Notes: a model not told the origin generated them from the letters alone. A stretch of DNA of 32,000 bases from Telmatocola sphagniphila (GCF_018398935.1 NZ_CP074694.1:5370001-5402000), one strand, 5' to 3'. Positions 1 to 8,105 are shown, counted from the first letter of the stretch. Translations and numbers: made by a program.

Positions 1-241
1 GCCAGGCTACGACAGAAATCTCTTTACGATGGAAGCTGTTTGCAACTCGATTGAGTATCTTCATGCCAACCCGTTACGAAAAGGCTTATGCGAGCGAGCT
101 ACAGACTGGAAGTGGTCCTCGGCTAAATATTACTCCCAGCAGAGTTTAGAAGGGCTAGATGGAGATTTGCCAAAAATACATGGCCTTTCGAAAGACTGGC
201 GTGGATACGAGCTCAAAGGTCGTGAGTTCTTGCTGGGTTGA
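1..241 (+). CDS. C-terminal fragment of an IS200/IS605-like Y1 (REP-associated, RayT-type) tyrosine transposase; the 5' end lies outside the window
   Basis: The frame is open from base 2. The tail ...GYDRNLFTMEAVCNSIEYLHANPLRKGLCERATDWKWSS... matches the conserved C-terminal block (YxHxNPxxxGL...W.WSS) of Y1 transposase/RayT-like proteins. REP-like hairpins follow directly. Confidence 0.65.
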   Translation, partial: PGYDRNLFTMEAVCNSIEYLHANPLRKGLCERATDWKWSSAKYYSQQSLEGLDGDLPKIHGLSKDWRGYELKGREFLLG

Positions 242-364
242 AAATAGGTTAGGCGAACCGGATAAAATTTGATGTTTTCAGAACGGAACTGGCAGTAGCC
301 AGCGCCTCCCAAACCGTTACTGGAGCATGACTGACGGAGAATGATTGGGGCTGACAGCACCACC
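207..364. repeat. Copy 1 of a ~158-bp duplicated segment: the last 11 codons of the transposase plus ~120 bp of downstream REP-like hairpins
   Basis: It aligns by hand with 1894-2049 at roughly 85% identity with one 2-nt indel. It contains the hairpin-capable stretches ggaactggcagtagccagcgcctccc and ggggctgacagcaccacc. Confidence 0.85.
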
Positions 365-382
365 ACGCAGCAAATAAGCTTA

Positions 383-835
383 TCACTGAACAGCATAATA
401 CCACGAACTCGATATTTTGTTAATTTTGTGTACGTCTGCATAGTCAAAATACGATCCTAACCGTTTACTGTTTAAAACCAACTTTGCTGGCCTATACAGC
501 AGACCGTTGGATGATCCGAAAGTTGAATCGGAGTAGATATAAAGAATCGAATCTGTATATATTCTTACTTCAATTATTCCTAAATCACGTAACCTTCCAG
601 TCGGGTAGTAAACCGATTCATTGAGGACGTTTCTATCCTCAATAAATTCTTTCGTGAGTTCCTCGATTAGCTCAGTGTGACGACTCAGGTGAAGCGCTTC
701 GAGATAGCTTATTGAATTGAGTAGTAAAACTATAACTACCAAAAAATTAAAGACAGCAAAATAACCTAGTATGTTTTTAAAAATGGCCAGAACTCCTTTA
801 ATTCTACGAACAGCGCTTGTGCTATCAGTAATCAT
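383..835 (-). CDS. Hypothetical protein with one predicted N-terminal transmembrane helix (AT-rich island)
   Basis: 150-aa ORF with the hydrophobic stretch ILGYFAVFNFLVVIVLLLNSI. I recognise no family. Composition matches the surrounding AT-rich island. Confidence 0.4.
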   Translation of the reverse strand: MITDSTSAVRRIKGVLAIFKNILGYFAVFNFLVVIVLLLNSISYLEALHLSRHTELIEELTKEFIEDRNVLNESVYYPTGRLRDLGIIEVRIYTDSILYIYSDSTFGSSNGLLYRPAKLVLNSKRLGSYFDYADVHKINKISSSWYYAVQ

Positions 836-1009
836 ATTCCATGAGCCTTCCCATTTTGCTCGGAAACGAATTTAAGTTACTTTGATTTTTCTTTTGTATT
901 CGCTTTTGGAAACGTGTCATCGACTCGTATGCATTAGCCGTTCCGCCAGTTCCCTTCTTGATCGGTTAGTTACCCTGAAGGCTTTCTCAACCTTTCAGTA
1001 GTCGGCGGC

Positions 1010-1120
1010 ATGGCGAAGCCCCATTTACGAGATCCCCAACGCGAACAATTATGGCGGGCGACTTTTCAATCCAGGCAATCGAGCCGGGTGCCAATGGCTA
1101 GGCCATTGGCATTTGTGTAA
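1010..1120 (+). pseudogene. Possible truncated remnant of a small transposase-accessory-like ORF whose frame runs into a REP element
   Basis: ATG at 1010 gives MAKPHLRDPQREQLWRATFQSRQSS, then REP-encoded residues (VPMARPLAFV*). From memory, the N-terminal 'DPxRExxWR...' pattern resembles small ORFs that accompany IS elements in planctomycetes. This was not verified. Confidence 0.2.
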
Positions 1121-1204
1121 ATAATCTCCAATTCGGAGATTCCCTCAGACATACAGGGTGATTCGTGGCCATGCCACTCGCCAATGGCGGAGCCATTGGC
1201 ACCC
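1086..1204. mobile_element. REPIN-like element A: two REP hairpins in inverted orientation
   Basis: Left end gggtgccaatggc-tag-gccattggca (1086-1111). Right end cgccaatggc-gga-gccattggcaccc (1179-1204) is its inverted copy. Each hairpin has a 10-bp stem. Confidence 0.8.
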
Positions 1205-1339
1205 AGGATACTACGACCCAACCATTCTTGAATGGTAAATTTCTGTGAAGGGTTACCAGAGCCACCTCTCCTCGACTACTTTTCGGTGAATGACCATTAT
1301 TGGAAGATGAGTAGTTTGCACTTAACGATCGCCATACCT

Positions 1340-1600
1340 TCAGTCATTCGTGCTTGTTTGCGATTCTTTTTTGTTCATCATGCCATAAACCAACCCAAAT
1401 ATTGCCCCTAATATAAGGCCTATATGAATAAAAAAATACATCCATATCTCTGGGAGCCTGAGTGGCTGTTTTTTCATATCCTCAGACAGGCTATGCCAAA
1501 TTTGGCTACCAACATAAACGCCGATAACAGAGCCTATTCCTGAAAATATCAGTGAATATTTCAAGACATATCGGACCAAGTTAGGTGAATGCTTACCCAT
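1340..1600 (-). CDS. Small hypothetical membrane protein (two predicted TM helices)
   Basis: 86-aa ORF with hydrophobic segments YSLIFSGIGSVIGVYVGSQIW and IWMYFFIHIGLILGAIFGLVYGM. AT-rich. No recognised family. Confidence 0.45.
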   Translation of the reverse strand: MGKHSPNLVRYVLKYSLIFSGIGSVIGVYVGSQIWHSLSEDMKKQPLRLPEIWMYFFIHIGLILGAIFGLVYGMMNKKESQTSTND

Positions 1601-1764
1601 TGATTATCGACAGAATGTCCAAAATTTAGAATCTCAAAAAAATCGATTAGCGATACCGAATTATGTGCTGTGCTGAAAGCAATCTTTTACCTGATCTGTG
1701 AAAACAGCCAGAAAGCAGATCGCTTTGGATGATTGATTCGATCCATCCAATAATAGAAGAGCCA

Positions 1765-1884
1765 GGTGCAAACGGATCCGCCATTGACATTTCTCCAAGA
1801 TCCAAAGATTCTATCAAAATAATTGAGTTTTCTCTTTAGATTTCCAGAAAACAGGGAGTATCTTGGTTATCCAATTGGTACCCC
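1765..1884. mobile_element. REPIN-like element B (degenerate)
   Basis: Left end ggtgcaaacggatccgccattgacat. The internal core ...tttccagaaaacagggagtatcttggttat aligns with copies C and D. Right end ccaattggtacccc. Confidence 0.65.
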
Positions 1885-1893
1885 GGCATCGAC

Positions 1894-2049
1894 ACGAGCT
1901 CAAAGGTCGTGAGTTCTTACTGGGTTGAAAATAGGTTATGCGAGCATGAAAAATCGATGTTTTCAGAACGGCACTGGCAATAGCCGGTGCCACCCAAACC
2001 GTTATTGGACCATGACTTACGGCGAACGATTGGGGCTGCCAGTGCCACC
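1894..2049. repeat. Copy 2 of the ~158-bp segment (relic of a transposase 3' end plus flanking REP-like hairpins)
   Basis: It aligns with 207-364. It keeps the last 11 codons (YELKGREFLLG*) but no upstream ORF. It contains ggcactggcaatagccggtgccaccc. Confidence 0.85.
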
Positions 2050-2119
2050 CCGCCGCCCGATTTTAACTCATTGGTATATAAAGTGACGATCAGTCCAAGG
2101 TAATAAGCATTGCTACGGC

Positions 2120-2238
2120 GGGCGCCATGGTTAGGCCTTTGGCACTCCAAATGGATCGGTTATTTCTTCAAAAAGGTCCCATTTTCACTTGAGAATCCCA
2201 GAGAACTGAGTGTATCTTGATACAGGCCATTGGCTCGC
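2120..2238. mobile_element. REPIN-like element C (degenerate)
   Basis: Left end gggcgccatggttaggcctttggcac. Shared core gagaatcccagagaactgagtgtatcttgata. Right end caggccattggc. Confidence 0.65.
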
Positions 2239-2309
2239 AGCTATGAAGAAACAGCGCCCTGTTAAGCCGATACGTCTAGTTCTAGAACATTTGAGATAGA
2301 GGAGATGGC

Positions 2310-2576
2310 ATGACTCGACTAGAATTAGCCACGCTAATCGAAAGGACCATCAACTTATCTGGTTATAAAGCCTCCGTTGGAGTGGCTGCGCCCGATGACT
2401 CCTCCGGTCCAATCCGCATCTATGTCAGGGTGTCCGACGAATGTGGCAAAAAGACCCAAAGTATCGGCCATGTCGCTATCCTTGAAGACGGCACGATAGA
2501 ACCGAGATTGTCACGCAAATCAAACGAAATTATGGCGAAGGTTTCTGCGATTCTACAACGCAATCAAAGCGCCTGA
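2310..2576 (+). CDS. Hypothetical small protein
   Basis: 88-aa ORF preceded by a strong Shine-Dalgarno-like agaggag 5 nt upstream of the ATG. No recognised family. REPIN D starts 20 nt after its stop codon. Confidence 0.5.
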   Translation: MTRLELATLIERTINLSGYKASVGVAAPDDSSGPIRIYVRVSDECGKKTQSIGHVAILEDGTIEPRLSRKSNEIMAKVSAILQRNQSA

Positions 2577-2595
2577 GGGAGTTGGTGCGGCCATC

Positions 2596-2724
2596 GGGTG
2601 CCAACGGCTAGGCCAGTGGCATTCAAAATGTATCGAACTATTCTTCGAAGTAGTTTCTTTTTCCTGAGATTCAGAGAAAACTGAGAGTATCTGGGATATG
2701 CCAACGGCGTAGTTATTGGCCCCC
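2596..2724. mobile_element. REPIN-like element D (best-preserved long form)
   Basis: Left end gggtgccaacggctaggccagtggca. Core gagattcagagaaaactgagagtatctgggata. Right end tgccaacggcgtagttattggccccc is in inverted orientation. Confidence 0.8.
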
Positions 2725-2801
2725 TGCGAGTTGTTGCGATTATTACCAATATTTATTGTTTTACGCGACTAATATTTCGAACTCTTTTTGGATAATTGGC
2801 T

Positions 2802-5141
2802 ATGTTGGACACGCACTTCGATGCTAATCCATTGTTATTTTGGGAATTTGTCGGAGTTGCTTCCGATGCCGCTTTTAAAGAGGGAAGAGTTAATAGAGCT
2901 AGAATGCTATTATCGCAAGTTCCGCCAGAATTCCGCGATTTTGTCTGGAAATATAGATCAAGTAGCATTTCCGGCTTCTACATGACTCTTAAGGGCCACT
3001 CTTATAGCGCAGAAGCATTAGCAATTAGCAAATGTGGAAATTTTCTCGCCAGCAGATCGAATGACGGGTTGATATATATTTGGGATACAAATCGTGGTCT
3101 TATAATAAATTGCCTGGAGACACAATTAAGCAAATCTAGATTGTTAAAATTTAGTACTGATGCAAGTTTGCTTTTCTTCTCAAACGGTAAATCATCTCTT
3201 TGTAAGATTCATTTAAATGACGGGTCTTATGAAGATCTGATTAATGATGCTAATTTAAAAATTACAACCGTCATAATGAGTGATACTGCAAATAAAATAA
3301 TCTACGGAACTTCAGGTGGTGAAATTGGTATATTTGATGTAGAGTCAAAGAAAGTGCAATTCATACTCACCGCGCATGAGAATGAGGTTCAAGCACTTGC
3401 TTTATCGTTAGATGGCATTTTTTTAGTCTCTGGATCATACAACGAAATAAAAATTTGGGATTTGGTTAGTGAAAAAATGATGAGCCAACACACAGATGAT
3501 TATTTTTCTTTGAATTCTATCGCTATTAGCCCAGATAGTAAGTATATTGCAGTTGCTACTATCGGCAAATGTGTTAAACTATACGCATTTCCAAAATTTA
3601 CTTTCCTTCGAAATTTGGATGGACATAAATCATCTGTGAACCACATTGAATTCAGTCCGGATGGGGGGCTACTATTTTCGTGCTCCGATGATTTTAGTAT
3701 AAATACATGGGGAGTACCATCAGGCAAATTAGAAAAAGCATATCGAGGACATACCGCAACGGTTTTTAAAATACTTCCATTTCCTGATGGAAATCGTTTT
3801 GCTAGCTGCTCAGACGATAAGACCATAAAAGTATGGTCTCAGGACAGTTTAGCGGAAATATTAACATTTTTTGGTCATTCGGATTCAATTATATCAATAG
3901 ATATCAATAATTCATCAAAGTTATTAGCAAGCGGATCCAAAGATTCTACTATTAAACTTTGGTCTCTTGAATCGTTCAGATTTGAGTGCGAATTGGGAAG
4001 TCATGACGATGTAATAATGCGAGTTCAATTCAGTCCGGATGGACAATACCTAGTTTCTGCTTCAGGTGGATTGGATTACGGTTATGATGCTAATCGCGAT
4101 TTTAATACTCTTAAAGTTTGGGATTTAAATGACGCTTCGTTAAACTACTCTATAAAAACACACTCATCTTGGATTACAAGTTTATCATTTAGTCCGGATT
4201 CCAAATTATTATGCAGTGGATCTTTTGATGGATATATAAAAATATGGGATATGCAAAGTAAATCTACAAAATGTCAGTTGTTAATACCTGAAGTTGAAAT
4301 TAATACGTTAACATTTACACACTGCGGAATGTTTATTCTTTTCGGATGCTCAGACGGATCAGTCCGGACTTGGAATTACGATAAGCATGCACATTCTTTA
4401 ATACTCATGCAATCATCTTCTTCAATAAATAGTTTAGCTATTTCTCCTGATGGGAATTATTTTGCGAGTGTGAATGATTTTAATGATATTACTATTTGGG
4501 ATCTTATAAAGCAAGAAGTAAGGATCACTTGGTCTGGTCACGATGCGGTTATTAGAAATGCTCGATTCAGCCCTGACAATAAACATTTGGTCACTGTTTC
4601 GGATGATTGTTCCATAATATTTTGGAATTATTTCTATGGATCAGAGCAATTAAGACTAACCGGCCATGATGATATGGTCATCGACGCTTGTTTTGATAGG
4701 AATGGGTCATTTTTGGCGACTTGTTCGGCTGATAAAACTATTAAGATATGGGATGCTTCTAACATCGCAAATACTTCTTTTCTATTAAATGATAAAACAT
4801 CGAATCAAGAAGAAATTGACGTCCCATTTCAAGATGCTGAAATAGATCTTAGAACAGAAAAATATCGTATTTCAAAAACCACTATTTCAGAACCGAAAAT
4901 CCTACAAAATATCTTAACTTCAGCATCACAATATTCCAAAGCCTTTTGGCATAGCCAGATTGTTGTTAAATCACCGAAAAAGATTGAGCTTTGGGAGAAT
5001 TTCAAAAAAGAGTGTCTTGATTACTCAGAATTCCTATTATTTATCAAAACCTGTGATTCTCTTCTATCGCAAAACAATGACCCCCAGGAATTAATATCTA
5101 ATCAAAGGCAATGGGCAATAGATAAGATTAAAAAGCATTAG
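2802..5141 (+). CDS. WD40 repeat protein (about 14 blades) with a ~130-aa non-WD C-terminal region; strongly AT-rich
   Basis: Fourteen recognisable GH...(F)SPDG..L.S.S.D.TIK(I/L/V)WD units. The ORF track starts at a TTG (2796), but the first ATG is at 2802. The pre-repeat segment PPEFRDFVWKYR resembles the 'W-x-W-R-Y' lead-in of planctomycete WD40 proteins. Confidence 0.9.
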   Translation: MLDTHFDANPLLFWEFVGVASDAAFKEGRVNRARMLLSQVPPEFRDFVWKYRSSSISGFYMTLKGHSYSAEALAISKCGNFLASRSNDGLIYIWDTNRGLIINCLETQLSKSRLLKFSTDASLLFFSNGKSSLCKIHLNDGSYEDLINDANLKITTVIMSDTANKIIYGTSGGEIGIFDVESKKVQFILTAHENEVQALALSLDGIFLVSGSYNEIKIWDLVSEKMMSQHTDDYFSLNSIAISPDSKYIAVATIGKCVKLYAFPKFTFLRNLDGHKSSVNHIEFSPDGGLLFSCSDDFSINTWGVPSGKLEKAYRGHTATVFKILPFPDGNRFASCSDDKTIKVWSQDSLAEILTFFGHSDSIISIDINNSSKLLASGSKDSTIKLWSLESFRFECELGSHDDVIMRVQFSPDGQYLVSASGGLDYGYDANRDFNTLKVWDLNDASLNYSIKTHSSWITSLSFSPDSKLLCSGSFDGYIKIWDMQSKSTKCQLLIPEVEINTLTFTHCGMFILFGCSDGSVRTWNYDKHAHSLILMQSSSSINSLAISPDGNYFASVNDFNDITIWDLIKQEVRITWSGHDAVIRNARFSPDNKHLVTVSDDCSIIFWNYFYGSEQLRLTGHDDMVIDACFDRNGSFLATCSADKTIKIWDASNIANTSFLLNDKTSNQEEIDVPFQDAEIDLRTEKYRISKTTISEPKILQNILTSASQYSKAFWHSQIVVKSPKKIELWENFKKECLDYSEFLLFIKTCDSLLSQNNDPQELISNQRQWAIDKIKKH

Positions 5142-5157
5142 TTTACTTACATCGTCA

Positions 5158-5184
5158 GGTGCCAATAGTTAAGCTATTGGCATT
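5158..5184. repeat. Solo REP hairpin at the right edge of the AT-rich island
   Basis: ggtgccaatagtt-aa-gctattggcatt belongs to the same family as 1086-1111. It lies 17 nt after the WD40 stop codon. Confidence 0.75.
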
Positions 5185-5344
5185 CCCAGTTGTATGCGTT
5201 CAACCCTCCGCTTTCGCGTCGCGGTTAAAACCGACATGACATCATCTTCCAGCCTGTGGGGTAGCACTTGTTGTGCCAGGGCAATAACCACTCATCAACC
5301 CTCCCTGTGACGGTGGCAACCCATAAATGCGTCGGGGTAGTTGG

Positions 5345-7654
5345 CTATCCCAGCTTGTTCCGGCTCTTCTTCTCATCCAGCACCGAGCGCACCTTCCTCG
5401 CCAGAGCCGAAGGTGTAAACGGCTTTTGTAGGAAAGCGAATTCCGCTTCCAATACCCCGTGCCGGACCACCGCATCGTTGGTGTAACCCGATAAGAACAG
5501 CACTTTGCAATCGGGCCGCACGGCCGCGATCTTCTCCGCCAGTTGCCTTCCCCCCAGATGCGGCATCACCACGTCCGAAACCAGGATGTCGATGCTCTCC
5601 TGCTTTTCCGCAATCTGGATCGCTTCGCGGCCGTCGCGGGCTTCGAGCACCGCGTAACCGCAACTCTGCAGGACGTGCCGGGCCAGCGAGCGGACCGCTT
5701 CCTCATCCTCGACCAGAAGAATGACCTCATGGCCGCGCGGGATTGGTCGAACCTCGGTTTGCAACGTATTCCCGGAGGAGAGCACTCCCACCTGGGGCAA
5801 ATAGATTTTGAAGGTCGTGCCAATTTTCAATTCGCTGTAGAGCTCGATGTGCCCGCCGCTTTGTTTGACGATGCCGTGCACGGTTGCCAGCCCCAATCCG
5901 GTTCCCTGCCCCTGCGATTTGGTCGTGAAAAAGGGTTCGAAAATATGTGCCCGGTTTTTTTCATCGATCCCGCTGCCATTGTCGCTCACGGCCAGCATCG
6001 AAAACCAGCCGGGCTGTACATCGGTGTACCTCCGGCAATAAGTTTCATCCAGTTCGATGTTGCTGGTTTCGATGGTGATTTTGCCCCCCTGCGGCATGGC
6101 ATCGCGGGCATTTAAGGCCAGATTCATGAGAATCTGTTCCAGTTGCCCCGGGTCGGCCTTGACCGGACCGAGCGACGGTTCCAGATGCGTCGAGAGCAGC
6201 ACATCTTCACCGATCAGGCGGCGCAGCATTTTTTCCGTGTCCGTGATGATCGTGTTGAGATTCAACACTTTAGGTTCCAAGACCTGCTGTCGACTGAACG
6301 CCAGGAGTTGACGAGTCAAGGCTCCCGCCCGCTCTCCGGCTTTTTGAATTTCGATCAGGGAATCGCGGGTTTCATCTTCCGGGCCGATTTTTTCCAGCAA
6401 GAGATCGCTGTAGCCGTTGATAATGGTCAGCAGATTGTTGAAATCGTGGGCGATACCACCTGCCAGCTGGCCGATGGCCTCCAGTTTTTGCGATTGATGG
6501 AGCTGGCGATGCAGTCTCTTCTCCTCGGTCAGGTCGCGCATCATGAACGAGAAGTAGCGCAGCACGCTTTCCTCGTTTTTGTGCGCGATGATGGTCTGCG
6601 AGACGGGAATTTCGCCGCCATCCGAAGCCAGCAGGGTGGTTTCGCCGACCCAGGAACCGAGTTTCACGGCAGTCGGAATACCGATTTCATGCAGCTGTTT
6701 CACGGCCCGCTGCGGAAAGTAGCTATCCATTTTGATCGAGGATAGATCCGCGGAAGAGCCCAGCCCGACCATGCGACGCCCGGCCTGATTGACGAAGATC
6801 AAGTGGCCCGCCGCATTGGCCATCCCGACGAAATCGGGCGAGGACTCGAGCACCGCCACCAGACGATTGCGATTTTCCTCGGACTGCATGCGTTCGCTGA
6901 TGTCCCGGATGATGGCGGTGAAATGCTTCTCCCCTCCCACCTGACTCTGAGAAATCGAGGCTTCGATGGGAAATTCCTCGCCGTTGGCGCGCAGTCCGAT
7001 GACGCTCGAGTCACCGCCCATCTGACGGCTGGTGACCCCTGTCATCGAAAATTTCTGAATATGGCTTTCGTGCACGTACTGATAACGCCGCGGTAGCAGA
7101 ATATCGAGTTTCTGGCCGAGTATGGCCGCGCTTTTGTGCCCGAACATCTTCTCGGCGGCCGGATTGAAGAGCAGAATCTTCTGATAGGCATCGACGGAGA
7201 TGATGGCATCCATGGCCGAATTCAAGATGGCTTCGAGACGGGCTTTGGTTTCGGCGAGCGTCGATTCGAAGCGTTGCCGCTCGACGGCGAACAGCACCGA
7301 TCTCGTCAAATCCATCCCGATGACGGAGCGCTTGATCAGATAATCCTGCGCACCGTGATGCAAGGCCAGCAGACCGAGTTCGTCCGAATCGTTGCCGGTC
7401 AGCACGACGATGGGACAGGTGGAGACGCACTCGCGCATGCGCGACAGCGTTTCGATGCCCTGGCTATCGGGCAGTCCCAGATCGAGCAGAATGACGTCGA
7501 CCTGTTCGGCTTCGAGGAACTCGAGAGCTTCGCTCAGCCGCGTCACCGACTTGAGCTGGACGTGTTCCAGAAAGGCCAGAGACTCCCGGGCCAGAAGGAC
7601 ATCCGTAGGGTTATCTTCGACGAGTAAAACGGAAATCGACTGTTTATTTTTCAT
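5345..7654 (-). CDS. Hybrid sensor histidine kinase/response regulator (REC-PAS-PAS-HisKA-HATPase-REC)
   Basis: N-terminal receiver (LLVEDNPTD...DVILLDLGLPD). PAS-like regions. H-box IAHDFNNLLTII. ATPase G-boxes DNGSGI and GTGLGLATVHGIV. C-terminal receiver (ILLVEDEEAV...DILVSDVVMP...KP). Confidence 0.95.
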   Translation of the reverse strand: MKNKQSISVLLVEDNPTDVLLARESLAFLEHVQLKSVTRLSEALEFLEAEQVDVILLDLGLPDSQGIETLSRMRECVSTCPIVVLTGNDSDELGLLALHHGAQDYLIKRSVIGMDLTRSVLFAVERQRFESTLAETKARLEAILNSAMDAIISVDAYQKILLFNPAAEKMFGHKSAAILGQKLDILLPRRYQYVHESHIQKFSMTGVTSRQMGGDSSVIGLRANGEEFPIEASISQSQVGGEKHFTAIIRDISERMQSEENRNRLVAVLESSPDFVGMANAAGHLIFVNQAGRRMVGLGSSADLSSIKMDSYFPQRAVKQLHEIGIPTAVKLGSWVGETTLLASDGGEIPVSQTIIAHKNEESVLRYFSFMMRDLTEEKRLHRQLHQSQKLEAIGQLAGGIAHDFNNLLTIINGYSDLLLEKIGPEDETRDSLIEIQKAGERAGALTRQLLAFSRQQVLEPKVLNLNTIITDTEKMLRRLIGEDVLLSTHLEPSLGPVKADPGQLEQILMNLALNARDAMPQGGKITIETSNIELDETYCRRYTDVQPGWFSMLAVSDNGSGIDEKNRAHIFEPFFTTKSQGQGTGLGLATVHGIVKQSGGHIELYSELKIGTTFKIYLPQVGVLSSGNTLQTEVRPIPRGHEVILLVEDEEAVRSLARHVLQSCGYAVLEARDGREAIQIAEKQESIDILVSDVVMPHLGGRQLAEKIAAVRPDCKVLFLSGYTNDAVVRHGVLEAEFAFLQKPFTPSALARKVRSVLDEKKSRNKLG

Positions 7655-7658
7655 GATT

Positions 7659-8105
7659 TCAGTTCTCGGGAGGAAGAGTTACGACCGCGAACCAAAAGCC
7701 TTCGATCGATTGAACGACGGAGGTGAATTTCTGAAAATCCACGGGCTTGACGATGTAGCAGTTGGCGTGATGGTTGTATGCGGCCAGGATGTCCCGTTCG
7801 GCATGGGAGGTGGTCAGAACGATTACCGGAATTCTTTTAAAGCGTTCGTCGGTTTTGAGCTCGGCCAGCACTTCGCGACCATCTTTGCGGGGCAGATTGA
7901 GATCGAGCAGGATCAGATCGGGCCGGGGAGCGGTGGCATAGGCTCCTTCCTGGTTGAGAAAGGCCATCGCTTCCACGCCGTCGCTCACCTGGTGCAGTTG
8001 ATTGAACAGACGGGATTCCCCCAGGGCTTCCCGGGCCAGTAGAGCATCGGTCGGGCTGTCTTCGACGAGCAGAATTTCAATGGGTTTGAGTCGTCCTGTT
8101 GTCAT
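7659..8105 (-). CDS. Single-domain (CheY/Rcp1-like) response regulator
   Basis: ILLVEDSPTD...PDLILLDLNLPRKDG...PVIVLTTS...ANCYIVKP receiver motifs with no output domain. Its start overlaps the upstream kinase stop (ATGA). Confidence 0.95.
   Translation of the reverse strand: MTTGRLKPIEILLVEDSPTDALLAREALGESRLFNQLHQVSDGVEAMAFLNQEGAYATAPRPDLILLDLNLPRKDGREVLAELKTDERFKRIPVIVLTTSHAERDILAAYNHHANCYIVKPVDFQKFTSVVQSIEGFWFAVVTLPPEN

Noticed and set aside
1086-2724. Possible CRISPR array, because a ~26-nt motif recurs
   Set aside because: The copies are strongly palindromic, occur in both orientations, are irregularly spaced and share internal sequence between copies. No cas genes are present. The pattern fits REP/REPIN elements, not CRISPR.
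130-2968. ORFs 130-447(-), 1917-2150(-), 2564-2749(-) and 2753-2968(-), which share peptide strings such as NNGLGG(T/A)GYCQ.RSENI
   Set aside because: The shared peptides are simply translations of the repeated REP/REPIN DNA. The ORFs cross repeat boundaries and overlap better-supported features.
5196-5229. Integron attC-like site (gttcaac ... gttaaaa, and gttaagc at 17412)
   Set aside because: The R''-like and R'-like cores are only ~20 nt apart, far shorter than real attC sites. They are not properly complementary, the 17.4-kb copy has no RYYYAAC partner, and no integrase is present.
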